DNA of 64,000 nt from contig JBEPVM010000001.1 in NCBI GenBank assembly GCA_041690995.1, forward strand, positions 9,183 through 73,182, read 5' to 3'. Made by a program: the position numbers and the translations under genes. Below the pieces are notes generated by a model, which saw only the letters and a program-made list of their open reading frames with translations, had not been told where the DNA came from and searched no databases. Source of the DNA: Gammaproteobacteria bacterium (GTDB taxonomy: Bacteria; Pseudomonadota; Gammaproteobacteria; DSM-16500). Shown here piece after piece: positions 36,909-46,576 of the stretch (positions are counted from its first letter, which is position 1; each line of letters opens with the position of its first letter).

Positions 36909-37379
36909 ATGTTTAAATATATTTCCGCATTTTTATTGCTGACTGTTTCTGCTAATGTGGTTGCTTCTAGTAAAATGCTCGCTAACTATGAAGACGTCGT
37001 AAAAGCCATTAGCCATGGTGAACGTTTGCAAGCCGTGGCTAACTTTAACACGTGCTTGCCAGCAGCCGATGATCCTATTCAATTAGGTACAATCACTTTC
37101 GAGCATTTTCTTGTTTACAGCGCAGAAAAAAATGGCAAAAAAATGGATGTCATCGGCACATCGAATACTATTCTCCTTCATAAGAATAACGAGGGCTATC
37201 AATTTGAATATGTTAAGGCACGTATTTTTTCTGACAATTCAGTAGAAATTTTTCAGCAATATTTAAACCCCAAAAATTATTCTCCTTTCAAAAAAGGCTC
37301 TTCTTTTACATGTCGTTTAAACAATAAAAAAGACTCGTTAGATGGAGTGGCTTTCTATGTTATCAGCAGTGGAATGTAA
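36909..37379 (+). CDS. hypothetical secreted protein
   Basis: The signal peptide MFKYISAFLLLTVSANVVASS starts from ATG 36909, with AGAGGG as SD. The track ORF begins earlier at 36852. Confidence 0.5.
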   Translation: MFKYISAFLLLTVSANVVASSKMLANYEDVVKAISHGERLQAVANFNTCLPAADDPIQLGTITFEHFLVYSAEKNGKKMDVIGTSNTILLHKNNEGYQFEYVKARIFSDNSVEIFQQYLNPKNYSPFKKGSSFTCRLNNKKDSLDGVAFYVISSGM

Positions 37380-37473
37380 GCCAGTAGAAATGTATTACCA
37401 GAAAACGCCGAAGAAGAAATCAGGATGGTGATATAATTTGAAGTCGCCGAGTAGAGGAAATAGAATAAAGAGC

Positions 37474-38889
37474 ATGGATATTAATCAAATAACCGCGATT
37501 GTCCAGCAGGGTGAATCACATAATATCGAATTTAAAAAGTCTACTGCTCAATTGAAATCAGCGTTTGAAACAGCTTGTGCATTTTTAAATGGACAGGGTG
37601 GTGTCGTATTAATGGGTGTTTCTGATAAGGGTAAAATAATCGGTCAGAGTGTCACAGACAATACCCGTCAAGAAATTGCGAGAGAGATTAAAAAAATTGA
37701 ACCCTCTGTATTTATTGATGTTGATTATGCTCCTATTGAAAATAATAAATTTATTATTGTGCTTGAAGTAAGTATCGGCCACCATGCCCCGTATATTTAT
37801 GCTGGTCGTCCTTATGAGCGTATTCAGTCATCAACAGTATCGATGTCGCAGCATCTTTATGAGCAATTACTGGTTCGTCGCGGGCAGTTAAATCATACTT
37901 GGGAAGAGCAACCTGCTCAAGGCTACGGATTAGATTTACTTGATCATGAAGAGATTCGGCGTACTATTAAAGAGGGCGTGGATAATCATAGAATTAGCGT
38001 TGAAGTGCTTCAATATGATATCAAACAGATATTAAGTAATTTTAATTTATTAAGAGATAACCAGTTAATCAATGCGGCAGTTGTTCTGTATGCCAAAGAT
38101 GTTTTACCAAATTACGCCCATTGTATGATAAGAATGGCTAGATTTATGGGTGTTGATAAGTCGGGTGATTTTATGGATAACCAGCGCGTGTATGGTAATG
38201 CTTTTCATTTAATGTTGGCAGCCCATGAATTTGCTCGGCGCCATCTTCCTATTGCCAGTTTTTTTGAGCCAGGAAAAATGCAGCGCATCGATCAGCCTGC
38301 TGTCCCACCCCTTGCATTAAGAGAAGCATTACTTAATGCAATTGCACATAGGGATTATACAAACCGTTCTGCATCGCTCGCTTTATCTATTTTTGATGAT
38401 AGATTGGAAATATGGAGTAATGGTGAACTTACACGGGAGCTTACTATTGATGATTTAAGAAAAGCACATCAGTCCTACCCTCGAAATGAAAAAATGGCGA
38501 CTGTTTTCTATAAAAGAGGTTGGGTTGAAGGATGGGGAACGGGAACAGTACGTATGCTTGGGTATTGTCAAAAAAACGGCACGCCTGATCCAGAGTTTAT
38601 AGAATACTCAGGTGGATTTGCAGTCGTTTTTCATTTTAAAGAACCCATGGGAGAGATTTTAAAACCAGTCAAAAATTTACTACTTGAATTAACGCCTCGC
38701 CAAAAGAAGATTATTGAAATTCTTAATTCAGAGGAAGAAATGAAAATAAAAGACATTATTCAACGAATTAAAGAGCCACCAGCAGAAAGAACCCTGCGTG
38801 ATGATTTAGCTGTTCTTAAGAAAAAAGGGTTTATCCAATCGAGCGGACATGCTCGTACAACAACGTGGTTTATTATTAAAAAAACTTGA
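37474..38889 (+). CDS. AlbA_2 (Schlafen-like 'divergent AAA') domain protein with HATPase_c_4-like middle region and C-terminal wHTH; paralog 1
   Basis: It starts MDINQITAIVQQGESHNIEFKKSTAQLKSAFETACAFLNGQGGVVLMGVSDKGKIIGQ. The middle region reads LREALLNAIAHRDYTNRSASLALSIFDDRLEIWSNG. The C-terminus is LTPRQKKIIEIL...IKDII. It is about 60% identical by eye to 57095..58519. Confidence 0.75.
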   Translation: MDINQITAIVQQGESHNIEFKKSTAQLKSAFETACAFLNGQGGVVLMGVSDKGKIIGQSVTDNTRQEIAREIKKIEPSVFIDVDYAPIENNKFIIVLEVSIGHHAPYIYAGRPYERIQSSTVSMSQHLYEQLLVRRGQLNHTWEEQPAQGYGLDLLDHEEIRRTIKEGVDNHRISVEVLQYDIKQILSNFNLLRDNQLINAAVVLYAKDVLPNYAHCMIRMARFMGVDKSGDFMDNQRVYGNAFHLMLAAHEFARRHLPIASFFEPGKMQRIDQPAVPPLALREALLNAIAHRDYTNRSASLALSIFDDRLEIWSNGELTRELTIDDLRKAHQSYPRNEKMATVFYKRGWVEGWGTGTVRMLGYCQKNGTPDPEFIEYSGGFAVVFHFKEPMGEILKPVKNLLLELTPRQKKIIEILNSEEEMKIKDIIQRIKEPPAERTLRDDLAVLKKKGFIQSSGHARTTTWFIIKKT

Positions 38890-38937
38890 GGCGGTTTGCG
38901 GCGGTTTGCAGCGGTTTGCGGCGGTTTGCGGCGGTTT
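38890..38937. repeat. tandem repeat, 10-nt unit (G/A)GCGGTTTGC x ~5
   Basis: GGCGGTTTGC GGCGGTTTGC AGCGGTTTGC GGCGGTTTGC GGCGGTTT starts 1 nt after the stop of paralog 1. Confidence 0.85.
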
Positions 38938-38949
38938 ATATCCATCATC

Positions 38950-40164
38950 TTATGGGGTTGGGGATTTAGCCAGCCTCGGCAAATCCCCGTGATGACCCAC
39001 AGCATAACTCGCTAGCCAATTCTTAATAAATGGAAAATGATTTGTCATCGTTAAACCCAAATGACGAATATGTTGTAATGATTTTTTATCGCTGGCGAAT
39101 AAACGTTTTAATCCTTCAATGAAAGCCAGCATCAGAAGCGTATCGCTTTTACGCCAACGTTCGTATCGGCGTAATGTAGATAAGCTTGCAAAATCACGAT
39201 TTTTTTTGTGTGCATCAATAATCACTTCTGCCAATGTTGCAGCATCCAGTAATCCTAAATTAACACCTTGACCTGCCAAGGGATGAATCGTGTGTGCTGC
39301 ATCGCCTATGAGGGCTAAACGCGATTTTACATATTTTTTCGCATGGCGCATACGTAATGGAAAAGAATGACGTGGGGTAGCTGTTATAATAGTTCCTAAT
39401 TTATTTTCAAACTCAGCACTGATTATTTTAGAAAAAGTATCATCGTCTAATGACAATAAATACGCGGCATAATCAGGCACCGCAGACCAAACGATTGAAC
39501 AATGATGTGGATCATCTAAAGGCAAAAATGCCAAGGGCCCTTGTGGTAAAAATCGCTGCCAGGCGGTTGCCTGATGTGAAAGTGCTGTTTTGACAGTGGC
39601 TACAATCGCCGTGTGTTCATAATCCCATTCTGTTAATTCAATCTTCGCACATCTGCGCACCCAAGACTCTGCGCCATCTGCTGCAATCAGTAATTTTGTG
39701 GAGAATGTTTTATTATCCTCTGTGATTAATTCTATAGAATCTGATTTTTCTTGCATCGTATTGATTTGAAGAGGACAGAGAAAATCTATATTTTTATAAT
39801 CCTGGAAATGCGCTAATAAACTTGAGCGAATCACGCTATCTTCAATAATATAACCTAGAAATATCTCATCTAACGATGAAGCATCAAAATGAATTTCGCC
39901 TTTGCTGATTGCATCCCATACGTGCATATCAGAATAACCACGCACTCGTTTTGATTGAATGGATTCCCAACAATGTAAATTTTGAAAAATAGTTTTAGAG
40001 GTGAGAGAAAGAGCGCTAACGCGATGATCATATTGTTTCGGGCTATTCGTAAAAACAGGTAAGCTTTTCTCAATAATGCCTATTTTTAAAGATGTTTCAC
40101 GAGCGAGTGCTAACGCTGTTGTTGCGCCGACAATGCCACTACCTATAATAATAATGTCGTACAT
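38950..40164 (-). CDS. FAD-dependent ubiquinone-biosynthesis hydroxylase (UbiH/UbiF/VisC/COQ6 family)
   Basis: 404 aa with YDIIIIGSGIVGATTALALA, LLIAADGAESWVR and LIGDAAHTIHPLAGQGVNLG. Confidence 0.8.
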   Translation of the reverse strand: MYDIIIIGSGIVGATTALALARETSLKIGIIEKSLPVFTNSPKQYDHRVSALSLTSKTIFQNLHCWESIQSKRVRGYSDMHVWDAISKGEIHFDASSLDEIFLGYIIEDSVIRSSLLAHFQDYKNIDFLCPLQINTMQEKSDSIELITEDNKTFSTKLLIAADGAESWVRRCAKIELTEWDYEHTAIVATVKTALSHQATAWQRFLPQGPLAFLPLDDPHHCSIVWSAVPDYAAYLLSLDDDTFSKIISAEFENKLGTIITATPRHSFPLRMRHAKKYVKSRLALIGDAAHTIHPLAGQGVNLGLLDAATLAEVIIDAHKKNRDFASLSTLRRYERWRKSDTLLMLAFIEGLKRLFASDKKSLQHIRHLGLTMTNHFPFIKNWLASYAVGHHGDLPRLAKSPTP

Positions 40165-40183
40165 ATAGTGTTTTTACTTTTTA

Positions 40184-41560
40184 TTAAAACGGCAAAACCA
40201 ACTCTGGCTTTACGGATAACAATAATTCACGAAATGCTTCTTGAATTCTTAATAATACTTTTTCACTCTCTGCTTCAAAACGCAAGACCAGGCAAGGGGT
40301 CGTGTTCGATGATCGTATCAACCCCCATCCATCTGAGAAATTCACCCGCAAACCATCAATCGTAATATGTTCAGCCAAATTAAAATTTGCTTGTTTAATT
40401 ATTTTTTCCATCAAAGATATTTTTTCATGTTCATCCACATCAATTTTTAATTCTGGCGTATTGATACTATCAGGAATCGCATCAAATAATTCACCGCATG
40501 TTTGCTCTGCATCTGCCAAAATCTTTAATAAACGCACACCTGCGTAAATCGCATCATCAAATCCATACCATTGATCTTTAAAAAAGAGATGGCCACTCAT
40601 CTCGCCTGCCAGCGCTGCCTGAACTTCTGCTGATTTAGATTTAATCAGCGAATGCCCTGTTTTCCACATCACAGGTTCACCGTGATGATCACGAATAAAT
40701 TTTGCTAAATGGTGAGTACATTTCACATCATAAATAATTTTCGCGCCTGGAAGACGGGAAAGCACTTCTTTTGAAAATAGCATTAACTGGCGATCAGGCC
40801 ATATCACATCACCCCGATCTGTCACCACCCCCAACCGATCACCATCACCATCAAACGCTAAACCGACATCCGATTGCGTTTTTTTGACAGTCGTAATTAA
40901 ATCTTGCAAGTTTTTTAATTGGCTTGGATCAGGATGATGATTAGGAAAACGTCCATCGACATCACAAAATAACTCATGGACTTCACAGCCTAATTGCCGA
41001 AATAATGCGGGTGCAACAGCACCTGCAATGCCATTGCCACAATCAATAACCACTTTCAATGGCCGTGCTAGTTTAAAATCACGCACGATATGTGTTATAT
41101 ATCGCTGAGTAATTTCCAGAGTAGTTAATTTTCCCGAACCTGACAGGAAATTATTTTCTATGATACGGTGATAGATATTTTTAATTTCTGCATCCGCCAG
41201 TGTCTGGCCGTTGATCATCATTTTTAAGCCATTATAATTTGACGGATTATGGCTACCTGTTAACATCACGCCTGATCGAGTTTCTGAAACATGCGCAGCA
41301 TAATAAAGTAATGGCGTTGGCACCATTCCCAAATCAATGACATCGCAGCCTGTGGCTAATACACCGTTACATAAAGCAGAGACTAATGATGGCCCTGACA
41401 AACGACCATCCCGCCCGACTACTATAGAATGCTCGCCTTTTTCGATGACTAACGAACCCAACACCTGACCTATCGCATACACGCTTTCTTCCGTCAGCGT
41501 GTCACCCACGATACCGCGAATATCATAAGCACGAAAAATAGAAAAATCTATTGAGGCCAT
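40184..41560 (-). CDS. phosphomannomutase/phosphoglucomutase (AlgC/ManB type)
   Basis: 458 aa with active-site TGSHNP, metal loop FDGDGDR and sugar loop GEMSGH. Confidence 0.9.
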   Translation of the reverse strand: MASIDFSIFRAYDIRGIVGDTLTEESVYAIGQVLGSLVIEKGEHSIVVGRDGRLSGPSLVSALCNGVLATGCDVIDLGMVPTPLLYYAAHVSETRSGVMLTGSHNPSNYNGLKMMINGQTLADAEIKNIYHRIIENNFLSGSGKLTTLEITQRYITHIVRDFKLARPLKVVIDCGNGIAGAVAPALFRQLGCEVHELFCDVDGRFPNHHPDPSQLKNLQDLITTVKKTQSDVGLAFDGDGDRLGVVTDRGDVIWPDRQLMLFSKEVLSRLPGAKIIYDVKCTHHLAKFIRDHHGEPVMWKTGHSLIKSKSAEVQAALAGEMSGHLFFKDQWYGFDDAIYAGVRLLKILADAEQTCGELFDAIPDSINTPELKIDVDEHEKISLMEKIIKQANFNLAEHITIDGLRVNFSDGWGLIRSSNTTPCLVLRFEAESEKVLLRIQEAFRELLLSVKPELVLPF

Positions 41561-41562
41561 TG

Positions 41563-42021
41563 TTATTGTTTTCCTGAAGAACCAAATCCACCCACACCGC
41601 GTGCTGTCTCATTGAATTCATCCACAATAGATAAATTAACACGCGCGATCGGTAAAAAAACTAATTGAGCAATACGATCACCAGGCTCTATCGTATATTT
41701 ATCTTGACTACGATTCCAGCAGGAAATCATTAAAGGCCCTTGATAATCCGCATCAATCAACCCGACAAGATTCCCTAATACGATCCCGTGCTTATGTCCT
41801 AGACCTGAGCGAGGTAAAATAACTGCCGCGAGATGGGGGTCGCCGATATGGATTGCAATTCCTGTTGGAATAAGACGTGTTTCATTCGGTTGCAAAATAA
41901 GCGCGTCATCTAAACAAGCGCGCAGATCCATACCCGCCGAATCGGATGTTTCATAACGCGGTAAAGGATAATCTGTACCTATACGTTTATCTAAAATTTT
42001 AACTTGAATATCTTGCAGCAT
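41563..42021 (-). CDS. dut: dUTP diphosphatase
   Basis: 152 aa with [30 protein letters not shown] and a C-terminal GGFGSSG. Confidence 0.95.
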   Translation of the reverse strand: MLQDIQVKILDKRIGTDYPLPRYETSDSAGMDLRACLDDALILQPNETRLIPTGIAIHIGDPHLAAVILPRSGLGHKHGIVLGNLVGLIDADYQGPLMISCWNRSQDKYTIEPGDRIAQLVFLPIARVNLSIVDEFNETARGVGGFGSSGKQ

Positions 42022-43225
42022 CCGCGTTACTCCTGAAAAAATGAAGATTTAAAAATGCGATTAATTCGCGAGCTAATTTCTGTTTAGACATTTTTGCAAA
42101 CTCGTGTTGCTGATCTTTCCACACTACTGTGACTGCATTATCGTCACTGCCCATCCCAACCCCATCACCTACTTTATTTGCAATAATCATATCTAATTTT
42201 TTATTCGTTAATTTAGCTTTGGCATTGGCTATGACATTTTCTGTTTCTGCAGAAAACCCCACCACAAATGGTTTTTTCTTTAACAAGGCAACACTTGAAA
42301 CAATATCGGGATTACGTTCTAACTCAAGCATGAATGTCTCGGCTGTTTTTGGGATTTTCTGTGGGGATATTTTTTTACAGGAATAATCACCCACTGCTGC
42401 TACACTTAAAAATAAATCACAATCAGCAACGTGCGACATCACAGCAGAGAACATCTCTTTCGCAGTAGTGACAGAAATTTTTTTCGTATGTAAAGGTGTA
42501 GGTAAAGCAACAGGGCCACTGATTAATACTACATGAGCACCTGCCTCTGTTGCCGCCTCTGCTAACGCATAACCCATTTTTCCTGAGCTTGCATTGGTAA
42601 TAAATCGAATAGGGTCAATGAATTCATGCGTAGGCCCTGCTGTAATCATTATGTTCTTCCCATGCAAACAACCTGTTTGAAATAACGCGATGACTTTATC
42701 TACTAATTCGATAGGCTCTAGCATTCGCCCAAAACCCATATCTCCACATGCTTGGCTACCTTCTGCGGGTCCGAAAATATGAATGCCTTTTGCTTGTACT
42801 GCTTGAACATTTGCTTGTGTGGCTATATTATTCCACATGCTTTGATTCATAGCGGGTGCTAAAGCGATAGGTGCTTTTGTCACAAGACACAATGTCGTCA
42901 AAAGATCAGAAGCTTCGCCCTGCAATAATCTTGCCATACAATCCGCACTGGCTGGCGCAATCAAAATGACGTCTGCCCATCGCCCAAGCTCAATATGACC
43001 CATCGCCGCTTCTGCTTTTAAATCAAATAAGTCGTCATGCACAGGATTGCCAGAAACCGCTTGCATCGTTAAAGGAGTTATAAACTGTTTGGCATTGTGG
43101 GTCATGACAACGCGCACTTCTGCACCTGCTTCACGTAGCCGCCGTACCAAATCCGCACTTTTATACGCTGCAATACCGCCTGTCACACCTAAAAGGATTT
43201 GTTTGTGTAACAAATGCTGCTTCAT
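41999..43225 (-). CDS. coaBC: bifunctional phosphopantothenoylcysteine decarboxylase / phosphopantothenate-cysteine ligase
   Basis: 408 aa with [17 protein letters not shown] and [23 protein letters not shown]. It shows dfp-dut synteny. Confidence 0.95.
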   Translation of the reverse strand: MKQHLLHKQILLGVTGGIAAYKSADLVRRLREAGAEVRVVMTHNAKQFITPLTMQAVSGNPVHDDLFDLKAEAAMGHIELGRWADVILIAPASADCMARLLQGEASDLLTTLCLVTKAPIALAPAMNQSMWNNIATQANVQAVQAKGIHIFGPAEGSQACGDMGFGRMLEPIELVDKVIALFQTGCLHGKNIMITAGPTHEFIDPIRFITNASSGKMGYALAEAATEAGAHVVLISGPVALPTPLHTKKISVTTAKEMFSAVMSHVADCDLFLSVAAVGDYSCKKISPQKIPKTAETFMLELERNPDIVSSVALLKKKPFVVGFSAETENVIANAKAKLTNKKLDMIIANKVGDGVGMGSDDNAVTVVWKDQQHEFAKMSKQKLARELIAFLNLHFFRSNADAARYSS

Positions 43226-43258
43226 CTGACCATCCTAATCACTCACGGAGATTTTATA

Positions 43259-43933
43259 ATGAAAATTGCTCATTGGCCTGTGGCCGAACGCCCACGAGAA
43301 AAATTATTACGCTATGGTGTGCAAAATATATCAGATGCTGAGCTATTGGCAATATTTATTTGTACAGGAACTCGTGGCAAGACAGCGCTCGATATTGGCC
43401 GCGAGCTATTAAATGAGTATGGAGGGTTAAAAAAGATAATAGATTCAGAGCCAGAACAGCTTTTCAAAAAGAAAGGGTTTGGCAAAGCAAAATATGCCAC
43501 ATTGAAAGCAGCCATTGAATTGGGCCGTCGCTACCTGGAAGCAGATCTTCCCGAAGGCGAAATTTTGTCCAATAGCTATCTCACCAAGCGGTTTTTAGCG
43601 AATCGTCTTCAAGATTACCCACACGAAGTTTTTGGCTGCTTATTTTTAGATAATCAGAATCGGATGATATGTTTTGAAGAAATGTTCCATGGCACTATTA
43701 ACCAAGCGAACATCTATCCCCGAGAACTCGTAAAACGCGGCTTAAAGCATAACGCCGCGAAAGTAATCTTGGCGCATAACCATCCCTCAGGCAACCCTAC
43801 CCCTAGCCAGGCGGATCGAGAAGTTACCCAATTATTACAACAAACCTTGGCGTTGGTGGCTATTCAGTTGATAGACCATATCGTGATAGGCAATAACCGA
43901 ACCCTCTCTTTTGCGGAAACAGGGTTGCTTTGA
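43259..43933 (+). CDS. radC: RadC-family JAB-domain protein (UPF0758)
   Basis: MKIAHWPVAERPREKLL..., HhH region, JAMM-like HNHPSGNPTPSQAD. The start at ATG 43259 has an ACGGAG SD; the track ORF begins at 43214. Confidence 0.85.
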   Translation: MKIAHWPVAERPREKLLRYGVQNISDAELLAIFICTGTRGKTALDIGRELLNEYGGLKKIIDSEPEQLFKKKGFGKAKYATLKAAIELGRRYLEADLPEGEILSNSYLTKRFLANRLQDYPHEVFGCLFLDNQNRMICFEEMFHGTINQANIYPRELVKRGLKHNAAKVILAHNHPSGNPTPSQADREVTQLLQQTLALVAIQLIDHIVIGNNRTLSFAETGLL

Positions 43934-44038
43934 CCGTTTTAATGATTGCTTTCTAATATGAATCCTGATATAAATCGCGGCTTGGCTGAATGATAGAACA
44001 ATTAAATTGGAACAATCAGATTAAAAATCGGAGAATAT

Positions 44039-44287
44039 ATGTCCAGAGTGTGTCAGGTAACAGGAAAGCGTCCAATGTCAGGGAATAATGTATCCCACGC
44101 TAACAATAAAACGAGACGTCGTTTTCTTCCCAATCTTCAGAAACATCGTTTTTGGTCAGAAATCAAAAAGTGTTTTGTAACATTGCGCGTTAGCACTAAG
44201 GGAATGCGTATTATTGATAGAGATGGCATTGATCAAGTGTTAAAGAATATTAAAGAACGCGAAGCAACAGAAGGTAGGGCGTCCTAA
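44039..44287 (+). CDS. rpmB: 50S ribosomal protein L28
   Basis: [34 protein letters not shown]... Confidence 0.9.
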   Translation: MSRVCQVTGKRPMSGNNVSHANNKTRRRFLPNLQKHRFWSEIKKCFVTLRVSTKGMRIIDRDGIDQVLKNIKEREATEGRAS

Positions 44288-44481
44288 TGCGCGATAAAAT
44301 TAAAATGGTTTCGACTGGTTTGACAAAAGAAGGCAAAAAAACGGGTACGTTTCGTACTACTACCAAAAATAAAAAGACTTCTACTGAAAAACGCAAACAA
44401 AAACACTTTGATAAACGCGCCTATAACTCAGAATCTGGCAAATCAGGGATGCATGTGCTGTTTGAAGAAGGGAAGATATAA
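44287..44481 (+). CDS. rpmG: 50S ribosomal protein L33 (divergent, with two short insertions)
   Basis: MRDKIKMVS...TFRTTTKNKKT..EK...K.FDKR aligns with L33 [32 protein letters not shown]. It is 64 aa, with a TAATG overlap with rpmB. Confidence 0.7.
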   Translation: MRDKIKMVSTGLTKEGKKTGTFRTTTKNKKTSTEKRKQKHFDKRAYNSESGKSGMHVLFEEGKI

Positions 44482-44594
44482 CATGTTGATTTTAATATAT
44501 TTTACTCCATGTTTAAAATGTTAATAGCGTTTTCACGAAAAACTTTTTATAATAAAATTAATGTGTAAAGACAAATAACCAGGGGACATAACCA

Positions 44595-44837
44595 ATGGCT
44601 ATACATACATTTAATGCAATAACCTATTCAAATAAACTGGCAAATGCAGGACTTGATAAAAAAATAGCCGATGTCCAGGCAGAAGAATTGTCTAATATAA
44701 TAAATAATGATCTTGTCACTAAACATTATTTTAGAGAACATTTAGACAATAGGCTTAATGCGCTACTGTTAAGAATTGGCGGAATGTTAGTCGCAGCTGT
44801 TGGAATTCTTTTCGTCCTTCTTAAATACCATTCTTGA
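44595..44837 (+). CDS. DUF1640-like coiled-coil protein with C-terminal TM anchor
   Basis: 80 aa with FNAITYSNKLANAGLDKKIADVQAEEL...DLVTKHYFREHL and then the TM LLRIGGMLVAAVGILFVLL. This resembles the DUF1640 pattern from memory. Confidence 0.5.
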   Translation: MAIHTFNAITYSNKLANAGLDKKIADVQAEELSNIINNDLVTKHYFREHLDNRLNALLLRIGGMLVAAVGILFVLLKYHS

Positions 44838-44866
44838 TCGTGTGGCTTTTGTAAAAGATATTTTAT

Positions 44867-45109
44867 TCACCTTATCTTAACAAGCAACAACAAAACTTCC
44901 TGCTCTTCTATTTTATAAATCAGACGTAATACATTAGCGGTTTCACTATAGAGACCCGTCATCCCATTAATTTTATTCGCGCCAGGGGGGCGTGGATTAA
45001 CAGATAGTGCTTCAGCTAATTTAATCACTATTTTTTTTTGTTTAACGGGTAACTGTTTAATTTGTTGTGCAGCCGTTGGTGAAATTTTTATATGGTAAGG
45101 GTTTGACAC
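44867..45109 (-). CDS. RelE/ParE-family type II toxin
   Basis: 80 aa with YHIKISPTAAQQIKQLPVKQKKIVIKLAEALSVNPRPPGANKI.GMTGLY....VLRLIYKIEEQEVLLLLVKI. It is downstream of a Phd/YefM gene. Confidence 0.75.
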   Translation of the reverse strand: MSNPYHIKISPTAAQQIKQLPVKQKKIVIKLAEALSVNPRPPGANKINGMTGLYSETANVLRLIYKIEEQEVLLLLVKIR

Positions 45110-45112
45110 GGT

Positions 45113-45385
45113 TTATACGCCTATATCTTCTCTCAATTGATCTAAAGTCATTGTTCCAACGCTGCGCACTTCTTTTAACACATTGATTGCATCGCGTAGA
45201 TCATGTCTGTCTTGTGTTTCCTGTAATAATATCAAATCTTCCAGAGGAACAATCGCGGCTATTTCTTTGCCACGACGAGTTAATATCACTCTTTCTTTAC
45301 TATGTACTACACGGTTAATTAAATCTGTAAATTGTTCCTTTGCATCCAGCGTATTCAAAACAGTAATTGCCATATAAAATTCCAT
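45113..45385 (-). CDS. Phd/YefM-family antitoxin
   Basis: It has MAITVLNTLDAKEQFTDLINRVVHSKERVILTRRGKEIAAIVPLEDL. The start is either 45385 or 45373. Confidence 0.8.
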   Translation of the reverse strand: MEFYMAITVLNTLDAKEQFTDLINRVVHSKERVILTRRGKEIAAIVPLEDLILLQETQDRHDLRDAINVLKEVRSVGTMTLDQLREDIGV

Positions 45386-45448
45386 TTATTGTAGCAGTTT
45401 ATCAAAAATCACAGAACACACAAATTTATGCGCTCTGTCATCATTCAA

Positions 45449-46525
45449 TTACGCGTCCTTTTCCATTGACGCGGTGTACTTACCAACAGCAGCCAAGCTA
45501 TTTAATTTGGCTCTACGATGAAAAGCAGTTTGTGCAGCGACAATATTTTTTGAGTTGCCTTGCCACAGTTTCAAAGGGTATTCTTGTAAAGCACGCGCAT
45601 AAGAATAACTGAGATTCCATGGTTGGTACAGCGCAAATTGATTGATAGCATTTAAATTAGCGGTTGCTTCTTCTGAAGATTGTCCACCAGACAGAAAATT
45701 AATCGTGGGAACAGCAGCAGGGACTGTACGGCGCAACACTGTCAAGGTCGCCTGTGCAACTTGTTCCGCAGTTGCCTTAACGGAGCATTTCTTGCCATTA
45801 ATGACCATACTGGGTTTTAAAATCATATATTCTAATTTAACTTTGTGCTTAAATAATGCTTTAAAAACACTATGTAATACCCGTTCAGTAATCTCAGCAC
45901 AACGCTCAATTGTATGATCACTATCAATTAAAATTTCTGGCTCCACAATCGGAACAATGCCATTGACTTGGCAAATGGCCGCATAGCGCGCTAAACCTTC
46001 CGCATTGGTTTTTATAGCCAACATACTGGGTGTATTCGCCGAAATAGCATAAACAGCACGCCATTTCGCAAAACAAGCGCCTTTCGCTTTATAAGCCACC
46101 AGCCTTTCTGCCAGGCCATCTAACCCTTGCGTGACTTGTTCGTCTGCCGTATTGGCCAAGTTAACCAAACCTTTATCTACTTTGATACCCGGCAAGATGC
46201 CCAGGCTTTTTAATTTTTCTGGAAAGGGCGTACCATCCAGCGTTTTTTGTGAGAGAGTTTCTTCAAATAAAATAACCCCAGCAATATATTCACTTAAGGC
46301 AGGTGTCGTCATTAACATATCACGATAAGCACGACGTGTTTCTTCTGTGGACTCAATAGAAATATCTGCAAAACGCTTTGTGATAGTCGGAGAGCTTTCA
46401 TCTGCCGCCAGAATGCCTTTGCCTTTTACCGCTATTTTTTGAATTGTTGCTTCTAATTCTTGTCTATTCGTCATAATACCCATTCCGCTTTCTTCATATT
46501 TGATAGTGGGAAAAAAGGGTAGCAT
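45449..46525 (-). CDS. fructose-bisphosphate aldolase, class I
   Basis: KGKGILAADESSPTITKRF, GILPGIKVDKG and the Schiff-base Lys region MILKPSMV are present. The true start is probably internal (MGIMTNRQ at 46483 or MTNRQ at 46474). Confidence 0.85.
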   Translation of the reverse strand: MLPFFPTIKYEESGMGIMTNRQELEATIQKIAVKGKGILAADESSPTITKRFADISIESTEETRRAYRDMLMTTPALSEYIAGVILFEETLSQKTLDGTPFPEKLKSLGILPGIKVDKGLVNLANTADEQVTQGLDGLAERLVAYKAKGACFAKWRAVYAISANTPSMLAIKTNAEGLARYAAICQVNGIVPIVEPEILIDSDHTIERCAEITERVLHSVFKALFKHKVKLEYMILKPSMVINGKKCSVKATAEQVAQATLTVLRRTVPAAVPTINFLSGGQSSEEATANLNAINQFALYQPWNLSYSYARALQEYPLKLWQGNSKNIVAAQTAFHRRAKLNSLAAVGKYTASMEKDA

Positions 46526-46576
46526 AAATTTTTTTTTAGAGCGATAGAAATTATGCTATCAATATAAAAAACAAGT

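Noticed and set aside
38890-38937. The tandem repeats at 38890-38937 and 58521-58559 as CRISPR arrays.
   Set aside because: The units are 10-11 nt and directly adjacent with no spacers. No cas genes are present. They are simple tandem repeats.
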